DNA of 64,000 bases, from NCBI GenBank assembly GCA_964016885.1, contig OZ024743.1, positions 206,336,001 through 206,400,000 of the forward strand. Reading direction: 5' to 3'. Under the pieces are notes generated by a model that did not search any database, was not told the DNA's origin, and saw nothing but the letters and a program-made list of their open reading frames with translations. Of the stretch, positions 53,901 through 64,000 are shown one piece after another. Each line of letters starts with the position of its first letter. The first letter of the stretch is position 1. Made by a program: the position numbers and the translations under genes. This DNA is from Eledone cirrhosa. Its lineage: Eukaryota.

Positions 53901-56900
53901 ATTATCTCCCCTTGGCTGGCTGGAAATTATCTCCCCTTGGAGGCTGGAATTTATCTCCCCTTGGACGGCTAGAAATTACCTCTCCTTGGACGGCTGAAAA
54001 TTATCTCCCCTTGATTTTTTTTACGAATTATCTCCCCCTGATTTTTTTTTTTACAAATTATCTCCCCCTGATTTATTTTACAAATTATCTCCGCCTGATT
54101 TTTTTAAATATTATCTTCCCTTGGCTGGCGGGAAATTATCTCCCCTTGGACGGCTGGAAACTATCTCCCCTTGGACAGCTGGAAATTATCTGCCCTTGAT
54201 TTTGTTTTTACAAATTATCTCCCCCTGATTTTTTTTACAAATTATCTCCACCTGATTTTTTAAAAAATTATCTCCCCTTGGACGGCTGGAAATTATCTCC
54301 CCTTGGACGGCTGGAAATTATTTCCCCTTGATTTTTTTTACAAATTATCTCCCCCTGATTTATTTTACAAATTATCTCCGCCTGATTTTTTTAAATATTA
54401 TCTTCCCTTGGCTGGCGGGAAATTATCTCCCCTTGGACGGCTGGAAACTATCTCCCCTTGGACAGCTGGAAATTATCTGCCCTTGATTTTGTTTTTACAA
54501 ATTATCTCCCCCTGATTTTTTTTACAAATTATCTCCACCTGATTTTTTAAAAAATTATCTCCTCTTGGACGGCTGGAAATTATCTCCCGTTGGCTGCAAA
54601 TTATCTCCCCTTGGACGGCTAGAAATTACCTCTCTTTGGACGGCTGGAAATTATCTCCCCTTGATTTTTTTTACAAATTATCTCCCCCTGATTTTTTTTA
54701 CAAATCTCCCAGTGATTTTTAAAAAAAAATTATCTCCCCTTCGCTGGCTGGAAATTATCTCCCCTTGGACGCTGGAAATTATAGCCCCTTGGAGGGCTGG
54801 AAATTATCTTCCCTTGGACGGCTGGAAATCATCTCCCCTTGATTTTTTTTACATATTATCTCCCCCTGATTTTTTTTTACAAATTATCTCCCCGATTTTT
54901 TTCTACAAATTATCTCCCCCTGATTTTTTTTTTACAAATTATCTCCGCCTGATTTTTAAAAAAAAATTATCTCCCCTTGGACGGCTGGAAATTATCTCCC
55001 CTTGGACGGCTGGAAATTATCTCCCCTAGGACGGCTAGAAATTACCTCTCCTTGGACGGCTGAAAATTATCTCCCCTTGGACGGCTGGAAATTATCTCCC
55101 CTTGATTTTTTTACAAATTATCTCCCTCTGATTTTTTTTTACAAATTATCTCCCCCTGATTTTTTTTTACAAATTATCTCCCCCTGATTTTTTTTTACAA
55201 ATTATCTCCCCCTGATTTTTTTACAAATTATCTCCCCTTGGCTGGCTGGCAATTATCTCCCCTTGGAGGCTGGAATTTATCTCCCCTTGGACGGCTGGAA
55301 ATTATCTCCCCTTGGACGGCTAGAAATTACCTCTCCTTGTACGGCTGGAAATTATCTCCCCTTGAACGGCTGGAAATTATCTCCCCTTGGACGGCTGGAA
55401 ATTATCTCCCCTTGGACGGCTGGAAATTACCTCTCCTTGGACGGCTGGAAATTATCTCCCCTTGGACGGCTGGAAATTATCTCCCCTTGGACACTGGAAA
55501 TTATTTCCCCTTGATTTTTTTTACAAATTATCTCCCCCTGATTTTTTTTACAAATCTCCCCCTAATTTAAAAAAAAATTATCTCCCCTTCGCTGGCTGGA
55601 AATTATCTCCCTTTGGACGGCTTGAAATTATAGCTGCTTGTAGGGCTGGAAATTATCTCCCCTTGGACGGCTGGAAATTACCTTTCCTTCGACGGCTGAA
55701 AATTATCTCCCCTTGGACGGCTGGAAATTATCTCCCCCTGATTTTTTTTTACAAATTATCTCCGCCTGATTTTTTTTTAAAAATTATCTCCCCTTGGGTG
55801 GATGGAAATTTTCTCCCCTTGGACGGCTGGAAATTATCTCCCCTTTATGTTTTCTACAAATTATCTACCCCTGATTTTTTTTTTACGAATTATCTCTCCC
55901 TGATTTTTTTTACAAATATCTCCCCTTGGCTGGCTGGAAATTATCTCCCCTTGGCTGGCTGGAAATTATCTCCCCTTGGACGGCTGGAAATTATCTCCCC
56001 TTGGACGCCTAGAAATAACCTCTACTTGGACAGCTGTAAATTATCTCCCCTTGGACGGCTGGAAATTATCTCGCCTTGGACGGCTGGAAATTATCTCCCC
56101 TTGATTTTGTATACAAATTATCTCCCCCTGATTTTTTTTTACAAATTAACTGCCCCTGATTATTTTTTTACAAATTAGCTCCGCCTGATTTTTTTTTTAA
56201 ATTATCTCCCCTTGGACGGCTGGAAATTATCTCCCCTTGGACGGCTGGAAATTATCTCCCCTTGAACGGCTAGAAATTACCTCTCCTTGGACGGCTGAAA
56301 ATTATCTCCCCTTGGACGGCTGGAAATTATCTCCCCTTGATTTTTTTACAAATTATCTCCCCCTGATTTTTTTTTTACAAATTATCTCCGCCTGATTTTT
56401 TTTTTAAATTATCTCCCCTTGGACGGCTGGAAATTATCTCCCCTTGGACGGCTGGAAATTATCTCCCCTTGATTTTTTTTTCCAAATTATCTCCCCCTGA
56501 TTTTTTTTTTACAAATTATCTACCCCTGATTTTTTTTTCAAATTATCTCCCCCTGATTTTTTTTACAAATTATCTCCCCCTGATTTTTTCTTACAAATTA
56601 TCTCCCCCCGATTTTTTTACAAATTATCTCCCCCTGATTTTTTTTACAAATTATCTCCGCCTGATTTTTTTTAATATTATCTTCCCTTGGCTGGCGGGAA
56701 ATTATCTCCCCTTGGACGGCTGGAAATTATCTCCCCTTGGAAGGATGGAAATTATCTCCCCTTGGACGGCTGGAAATTATCTCCCCTTGCACTGCTGGAA
56801 ATTATCTCCCCTTGGACGGCTGGAATATATCTGCCCTTGATTTTGTTTTTACAAATTATCTTCCCCTGATTTTTTTACAAATTATCTCCACCTGATTTTT

Positions 56901-58280
56901 TTTTACAAATTATCTCCCCCTGATTTTTTTTTACAAATTATCTCCCCCTGATTTTTTTACAAATTATCTCCCCTTGGCTGGCTGGCAATTATCTCCCCTT
57001 GGAGGCTGGAATTTATCTCCCCTTGGACGGCTGGAAATTATCTCCCCTTGGACGGCTAGAAATTACCTCTCCTTGTACGGCTGGAAATTATCTCCCCTTG
57101 AACGGCTGGAAATTATCTCCCCTTGGACGGCTGGAAATTATCTCCCCTTGGACGGCTGGAAATTACCTCTCCTTGGACGGCTGGAAATTATCTCCCCTTG
57201 GACGGCTGGAAATTATCTCCCCTTGGACGGCTGGAAATTATTTCCCCTTGATTTTTTTACAAATTATCTCCCCCTGATTTTTTTTACAAATTATCTCCGC
57301 CTGATTTTTTAAAATATTATCTTCCCTTGGCTGGCGGGAAATTATCTCCCCTTGGACGCCTGGAAATTATCTCCCCTTGGAAGGATGGAAATTATCTCCC
57401 CTTGGACGGCTGGAAATTATCTCCCCTTGCACTGCTGGAAATTATCTCCCCTTGGACGGCTGGAAATTATCTGCCCTTGATTTTGTTTTTACAAATTATC
57501 TTCCCCTGATTTTTTTTACAAATTATCTCCACCTGATTTTTAAAAAAATTATCTCCCCTTGGCTGGAAATTTTCTCCCCTTGGACGATTAGAAATTATCT
57601 CTCTTTGGACGGCTGGAAATTATCTCCCCTTGATTTTTTTTACAAATTATCTCCCCCTGATTTTTTTTACAAATCTCCCAGTGATTTTTTAAAAAAAATT
57701 ATCTCCCCTTCGCTGGCTGGAAATTATCTCCCCTTGGACGCTGGAAATTATAGCCCCTTGGAAGGCTGGAAGTTATCTTCCCTTGGAGGGCTGGAAATTA
57801 TCTTCCCTTGGACGGCTGGAAATTATCTCCCCTTGATTTTTTTTACAAATTATCTCCCCCTGATTTTTTTTTACAAATTATCTCCCCCTGATTTTTTTTT
57901 ACAAATTATCTCCTGATTTTTTTTACAAATTATCTCCCCTTGGCTGGCTGGAAATTATCTCCCCTTGGAGGCTGGAATTTATCTCCCCTTGGACGGCTAG
58001 AAATTACCTCTCCTTGGACGGCTGAAAATTATCTCCCCTTGATTTTTTTTACGAATTATCTCCCCCTGATTTTTTTTTTTACAAATTATCTCCCCCTGAT
58101 TTATTTTACAAATTATCTCCGCCTGATTTTTTTAAATATTATCTTCCCTTGGCTGGCGGGAAATTATCTCCCCTTGGACGGCTGGAAACTATCTCCCCTT
58201 GGACAGCTGGAAATTATCTGCCCTTGATTTTGTTTTTACAAATTATCTCCCCCTGATTTTTTTTACAAATTATCTCCACC
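50531..58280 (+). repeat. Tandem duplication with 4,028-4,029 bp period (about 1.9 copies)
   Basis: Offsets: CCCGTTGGCTGC 50560/54589, CCTAGG 50996/55025, 51210/55238, 52441/56469, 53912/57940. Shared private variants: GGACACTGGAAATTATTTCC (~51461, ~55489) and TTTTCTTACAA (~52560, ~56590). Confidence 0.92.
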
Positions 58281-61200
58281 TGATTTTTTAAAAAATTATC
58301 TCCTCTTGGACGGCTGGAAATTATCTCCCCTTGGCTGGAAATTATCTCCCCTTGGACGGCTAGAAATTATCTCTCTTTGGACGGCTGGAAATTATCTCCC
58401 TTTGATTTTTTTTACAAATTATCTCCCTCTGATTTTTTTTACAAATCTCCCCTTGATTTTTTAAAAAAATTATCTCCCCTTCGCTGGCTGGAAATTATCT
58501 CCCCTTGGACACTGGAAATTATAGACCCTTGGAGGGCTGGAAATTATCTTCCCTTGGACGGCTGGAAATTATCTCCTTTGATTTTTTTCACAAATTATCT
58601 CCCCCTGATTTTTTTTTACAAATTATCTCCGCCTGATTTTTTTAAAAAAATTATCTCCCCTTGGCTGGATGGAAATTTTCTCCCCTTGGACGGCTGGAAA
58701 TTATCTCCCCTTTATGTCTTCTACAAATTATCTGGCCCTGATTTTTTTTACAAATTATCTCTCCCTGATTTTTTTTACAAATCTCCCCTTGATTTTTTAA
58801 AAAAATTATCTCCCCTTCGCTGGCTGGAAATTATCTCCCCTTGGACACTGGAAATTATAGACCCTTGGAGGGCTGGAAATTATCTTCCCTTGGACGGCTG
58901 GAAATTATCTCCTCTTGATTTTTTTTACAAATTATCTCCCCCTGATTTTTTTTTTCAAATTATCTCCGCCTGATTTTTTTTTAAAAATTATCTCCCCTTG
59001 GCTGGATGGAAATTTTCTCCCCTTGGCCGGCTGGAAATTATTTCCCCTTGGCTGGAAATTATCTCCCCTTGGACGGCTAGAAATTATCTCTCTTTGGACG
59101 GCTGGAAATTATCTCCCCTTGATTCTTTTTACAAATTATCTCCCCCTGATTTTTTTTACAAATCTCCCAGTGATTTTTAAAAAAAAATTATCTCCCCTTC
59201 GCTGGCTGGAAATTATCTCCCCTTGGACGCTGGAAATTATAGCCCCTTGGAGGCTGGAAATTATCTTCCCTTGGACGGCTGGAAATTATCTCCACTTGAT
59301 TTTTTTTACAAATTATCTCCCCCTGATTTTTTTTTACAAATTATCTCCCCCTGATTTTTTTTTTACAAATTATCTCCGCCTGATTTTTTTAAAAAAATTA
59401 TCACCCCTTGGACGGCTGGAAATTATCTCCCCTTGGACGGCTGGAAATGATCTCCCCTTGGACGGCTAGAAATTACCTCTCCTTGGACGGCTGAAAATTA
59501 TCTCCCCTTGATTTTTTTTACGAATTATCTCCCCCTGATTTTTTTTTTTACAAATTATCTCCCCCTGATTTTATTTTACATATTATCTACCCCTGATTTT
59601 TTTTACAAATTATCTCCCCCTGATTTTTTTTTTACAAATTATCTGCCCCTGATTTTTTTACAAATTATCTCCCACTGATTTATTTTACAAATTATCTCCG
59701 CCTGATTTTTTTAAATATTATCTTCCCTTGGCTGGCGGGAAATTATCTCCCCTTGGACGGCTGGAAACTATCTCCCCTTGGACAGCTGGAAATTATCTGC
59801 CCTTGATTTTGTTTTTACAAATTATCTCCCCCTGATTTTTTTTACAAATTATCTCCACCTGATTTTTTAAAAAATTATCTCCCCTTGGACGGCTGGAAAT
59901 TATCTCCCCTTGGCTGGAAATTATCTCCCCTTGGACGGCTAGAAATTATCTCTCTTTGGACGGCTGGAAATTATCTCCCTTTGATTTTTTTTACAAATTA
60001 TCTCCCTCTGATTTTTTTTACAAATCTCCCCTTGATTTTTTAAAAAAATTATCTCCCCTTTGCTGGCTGGAAATTATCTCCCCTTGGACACTGGAAATTA
60101 TAGACCCTTGGAGGGCTGGAAATTATCTTCCCTTGGACGGCTGGAAATTATCTCCTCTTGATTTTTTTTACAAATTATCTCCCCCTGATTTTTTTTTACA
60201 AATTATCTCCGCCTGATTTTTTTTTAAAAATTATCTCCCCTTGGCTGGATGGAAATTTTCTCCCCTTGGACGGCTGGAAATTATCTCCCCTTTATGTCTT
60301 CTACAAATTATCTGGCCCTGATTTTTTTTTACAAATTATCTCTCCCTGATTTTTTTTACAAATATCTCCCCTTGGCTGGCTGGAAATTATCTCCCCTTCG
60401 CTGGCTGGAAATTATCTCCCATTGGACGGCTGGAAATTATCTCCCCTTGGACGCCTAGAAATTACCTCTCCTTGGACAGCTGTAAATTATCTCCCCTTGG
60501 ACGGCTGGAAATTATCTCGCCTTGGACGGCTGGAAATTATCTCCCCTTGATTTTGTATACAAATTATCTCCCCCTGATTTTTTTTTACAAATTATCTGCC
60601 CCTGATTATTTTTTTACAAATTAGCTCCGCCTGATTTTTTTTTAAAATTATCTCCCCTTGGACGGCTGGAAATTATCTCCCCTTGGACGGCTGGAAATTA
60701 TCTCCCCTTGAACGGCTAGAAATTACCTCTCCTTGGACGGCTTAAAATTATCTCCCCTTGGACGGCTGGAAATTATCTCCCCTTGATTTTTTTACAAATT
60801 ATCTTCCCCTGATTTTTTTTTACAAATTATCTCCCCCTGATTTTTTTTTACAAATTATCTACCCCTGATTTTTTTTCCAAATTATCTCCCCCTGATTTTT
60901 TTTTACAAATTATCTCCCCCTGATTTTTTTTTACAAATTATCTCCCCCTGATTTTTTTACAAATTATCTCCCCTTGGCTGGCTGGAAATTATCTCCCCTT
61001 GGAGACTGGAATTTATCTCCCCTTGGACGGCTGGAAATTATCTCCCCTTGGACGGCTAGAAATTACCTCTCCTTGGACGGCTGGAAATTATCTCCCCTTG
61101 AACGGCTGGAAATTATCTCCCCTTGGACGGCTGGAAATTATCTCCCCTTGGACGGCTGGAAATTACCTCTCCTTGGACGGCTGGAAATTATCTCCCCTTG

Positions 61201-61750
61201 GACGGCTGGAAATTATCTCCCCTTGGACGGCTGGAAATTATTTCCCCTTGATTTTTTTTACAAATTATCTCCCCCTGATTTATTTTACAAATTATCTCCG
61301 CCTGATTTTTTTAAATATTATCTTCCCTTGGCTGGCGGGAAATTATCTCCCCTTGGACGGCTGGAAACTATCTCCCCTTGGACAGCTGGAAATTATCTGC
61401 CCTTGATTTTGTTTTTACAAATTATCTCCCCCTGATTTTTTTTACAAATTATTTCCACCTGATTTTTTAAAAAATTATCTCCTCTTGGACGGCTGGAAAT
61501 TATCTCCCGTTGGCTGCAAATTATCTCCCCTTGGACGGCTAGAAATTACCTCTCTTTGGACGGCTGGAAATTATCTCCCCTTGATTTTTTTTACAAATTA
61601 TCTCCCCCTGATTTTTTTTACAAATCTCCCAGTGATTTTTAAAAAAAAATTATCTCCCCTTCGCTGGCTGGAAATTATCTCCCCTTGGACGCTGGAAATT
61701 ATAGCCCCTTGGAGGGCTGGAAATTATCTTCCCTTGGACGGCTGGAAATT
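55660..61750 (+). repeat. Non-adjacent copy of ~23110-29120
   Basis: Constant offset of 32,633 for 25307/57940, 25744/58377, 27323/59956, 28341/60974 and 28852/61485. The rare AATTAACTGCCCC variant is shared at ~23565, ~52116 and ~56144. Confidence 0.85.
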
Positions 61751-62609
61751 ATCTCCCCTTGGAAGGATGGAAATTATCTCCCCTTGGACGGCTGGAAATT
61801 ATCTCCCCTTGCACTGCTGGAAATTATCTCCCCTTGGACGGCTGGAAATTATATGCCCTTGATTTTGATTTTACAAATTATCTTCCCCTGATTTTTTTAG
61901 CAAATTATTTCCACCTGATTTTTTAAAAAATTATCTCCCCTTGGACGGCTGGAAATTATCTCCCCTTGGCTGGAAATTATCTCCCCTTGGACGATTAGAA
62001 ATTATCTCTCTTTGGACGGCTGGAAATTATCTCCCCTTGATTTTTTTTACAAATTATCACCCCCTGATTTTTTTTACAAATCTCCCAGTGATTTTTTTAA
62101 AAAAATTATCTCCCCTTCGCTGGCTGGAAATTATCTCCCCTTGGACGCTGGAAATTATAGCCCCTTGGAGGGCTGGAAGTTATCTTCCCTTGGAGGTCTG
62201 GAAATTATCTTTCCTTGGACGGCTGGAAATTATCTTCCCTTGATTTTTTTTACAAATTATCTCCCCCTGATTTTTTTTTACAAATTATCTCCCCCTGATT
62301 TTTTTTTTACCAATTATCTCCTACTGATTTTTTTAAAAATTATTTCCCCTTGGACGGCTGGAAATTATCTCCCCTTGGACGGCTGGAAATTATCTCCCCT
62401 TGGACGGCTAGAAATTACCTCTCCTTGGACGGCTGAAAATTATCTCCCCTTGGACGGCTGGAAATTATCTCCCCTTGATTTTTTTTACAAATTATCTCCC
62501 CCTGATTTTTTTTTACAAATTATCTCCCCCTGATTTTTTTTTACAAATTATCTCCCACTGATTTTTTTTTACAAATTATCTCCTGATTTTTTTTACAAAT
62601 TATCTCCCC

Positions 62610-64000
62610 TTGGCTGGCTGGAAATTATCTCCCCTTGGAGGCTGGAAATTATCTCCCCTTGGACGGCTAGAAATTACCTCTCCTTGGACGGCTGGAAATT
62701 ATCTGCCCTTGGACGGCTGGAAATTATCTCTCCTTGGACGGCTGGAAATTATCTGCCCTTGGACGGCTGGAAATTACCTCCATTTGGACGGCTGGAAATT
62801 ATTTCCCCTTGATTTTTTTTACAAATTATCTCCACCTGATTTTTTTTTACAAATCTCCCCCTAATTTTAAAAAAAATTATCTCCCCTTCGCTGGCTGGAA
62901 ATTATCTTCCTTTGGACGGTTGGAAATTATAGCCGCTTGTAGGGCTGGAAATTATCTCCCCTTGGACGGCTGGGAATTATCTCCCCTTGATTTTTTTACT
63001 AATTATCTCACCCTGATTTTTTTTTACAAATTATCTCCGCCTCATTTTTAAAAAAAAATTATCTCCCCTTGGCTGGATGGAAATTATCTCCCCTTGGACG
63101 GCTGGAAATTATCTCCCATTGATTTCTTCTACAAATTATCTACACCTGATTTTTTTTTTACAAATTATCTCTCCCTGATTTTTTTTTACAAATATCTCCC
63201 CTTGGCTGGCTGGAAATTATCTCCCGTTGGCTGGCTGGAAATTATCTCCCCTTGGACGGCTGGAAATTATCTACCATTGATTTTTTTTACAAATTATCTC
63301 CCCTTGGCTGGCTGGAAATTATCTCCCCTTGGCTGGCTGGAAATTATCTCCCCCTGATATTTTTTTACAAATTAGCTCCCCCTGATTTTTTTTTACAAAT
63401 TATCTCCCCCTGATTTTTTTTTTTACAAATTATCTCCGCCTGATTTTTTTAAAATTATCTCCCCTTGGCTGGATGGAAATTATCTCCCCTTGGACGGCTG
63501 GAAATTATCTCCCCTTGGAAGGATGGAAATTATCTCCCCTTGGACGGCTGGAAATTATCTCCCCTTGCACGGCTGGAAATTATCTCCCCTTGGACGGCTA
63601 GAAATTACCTCTCCTTGGACGGCTGAAAATTATCTCCCCTTGGACGGCTGGAAATTATCTCCCCCTGATTTTTTTTACAAATTATCTCCCCTTGCACGGC
63701 TGGAAATTATCTCCCCTTGGACGGCTGGAAATTATCTGCCCTTGATTTTGTTTTTACAAATTATCTCCCCCTGATTTTTTTTACAAATTATCTCCACCTG
63801 ATATTTAAAAAAATTATCTCCCCTTGGACGGCTGGAAATTATCTCCCCTTGGCTGGAAATTATCTCCCCTTGGACGATTAGAAATTATCTCTCTTTGGAC
63901 GGCTGGAAATTATCTCCCCTTGATTTTTTTTACAAATTATCTCCCCCTGATTTTTTTTACAAATCTCCCAGTGATTTTTAAAAAAAAATTATCTTCCCTT
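62610..64000 (+). repeat. Second copy of the ~47270-48610 block
   Basis: Offset 15,385 for 47349/62734 and 48105/63490. Both contain TTGCACGGCTGG monomers and CCACCTGATATTTAAAA. Confidence 0.85.

Larger units (their letters stand above)
1..64000 (+). repeat. Dimorphic ~25-30 bp tandem satellite array: shared core AAATTATCTCCCC plus tail A (TTGGACGGCTGG) or tail B (CTGA-T7-11-AC)
   Basis: The core recurs every ~21-30 bp from the first line to the last, always in the same orientation. I saw no non-satellite insertion or inversion. The array runs off both window edges. Confidence 0.99.

Noticed and set aside
9-63774. Over 200 plus-strand ORFs of 60-319 aa with repeats such as GWKLSPLGRLEIISPWTAGNYLPLD
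   Set aside because: The 25-bp A monomer has no stop in any plus frame, so three monomers give a 25-aa repeat that cycles through all frames. Overlapping frames give the same peptide, most starts are TTG from CCTTGG, and poly-T length changes shift frames freely. There is no sign of coding constraint.
1-64000. Absence of minus-strand ORFs as a sign of a coding strand
   Set aside because: The core TTA reads TAA on the minus strand, and the non-triplet period puts it in every frame.
1-64000. CRISPR array (constant repeat plus variable spacer)
   Set aside because: The constant part is only ~13-16 bp. The intervening parts are ~10-14 bp and of just two kinds rather than unique spacers. There is no leader or cas gene.
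1-64000. Telomerase-synthesised 25-bp repeat like budding-yeast long telomeric repeats
   Set aside because: It does not resemble telomeric repeats I recognise. Point variants are inherited in multi-kb blocks, which indicates DNA-level duplication rather than repeated copying of a short RNA template.
1-64000. Pure sequencing artefact or synthetic concatemer
   Set aside because: Layered divergence, diagnostic SNP haplotypes and in-register indels look like natural satellite evolution. The exact copy number and order of the large blocks could still be mis-assembled.

Overview
The whole 64 kb window is one head-to-tail, single-orientation satellite array. I found no genes, RNA genes, transposons or CRISPR. 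It holds roughly 2,400-2,500 monomers (64 kb divided by about 26 bp) that share a 13-bp core, AAATTATCTCCCC, followed by one of two tails. Type A is AAATTATCTCCCC-TTGGACGGCTGG (25 bp, 52% GC). Type B is AAATTATCTCCCC-CTGA-T(7-11)-AC (about 26-30 bp, about 30% GC). A and B occur in alternating runs with junction-specific monomer variants. Runs assemble into recurring modules of about 0.2-0.4 kb, an older 2-2.8 kb cycle, and a young higher-order repeat (HOR) of about 11.0 kb. The HOR copies are remodelled by a 5.6-5.7 kb internal duplication with a mappable crossover, a 4.03 kb tandem duplication, a 6 kb non-adjacent copy at 32,633 bp offset, whole-monomer deletions, and a more divergent 3.4 kb island. 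All listed ORFs are artefacts of a stop-free 25-mer. The architecture resembles eukaryotic centromeric, pericentromeric or subtelomeric satellite, but organism and function cannot be determined from the sequence alone. Offsets were read by hand from diagnostic variants and the ORF track, so boundaries are approximate unless stated.
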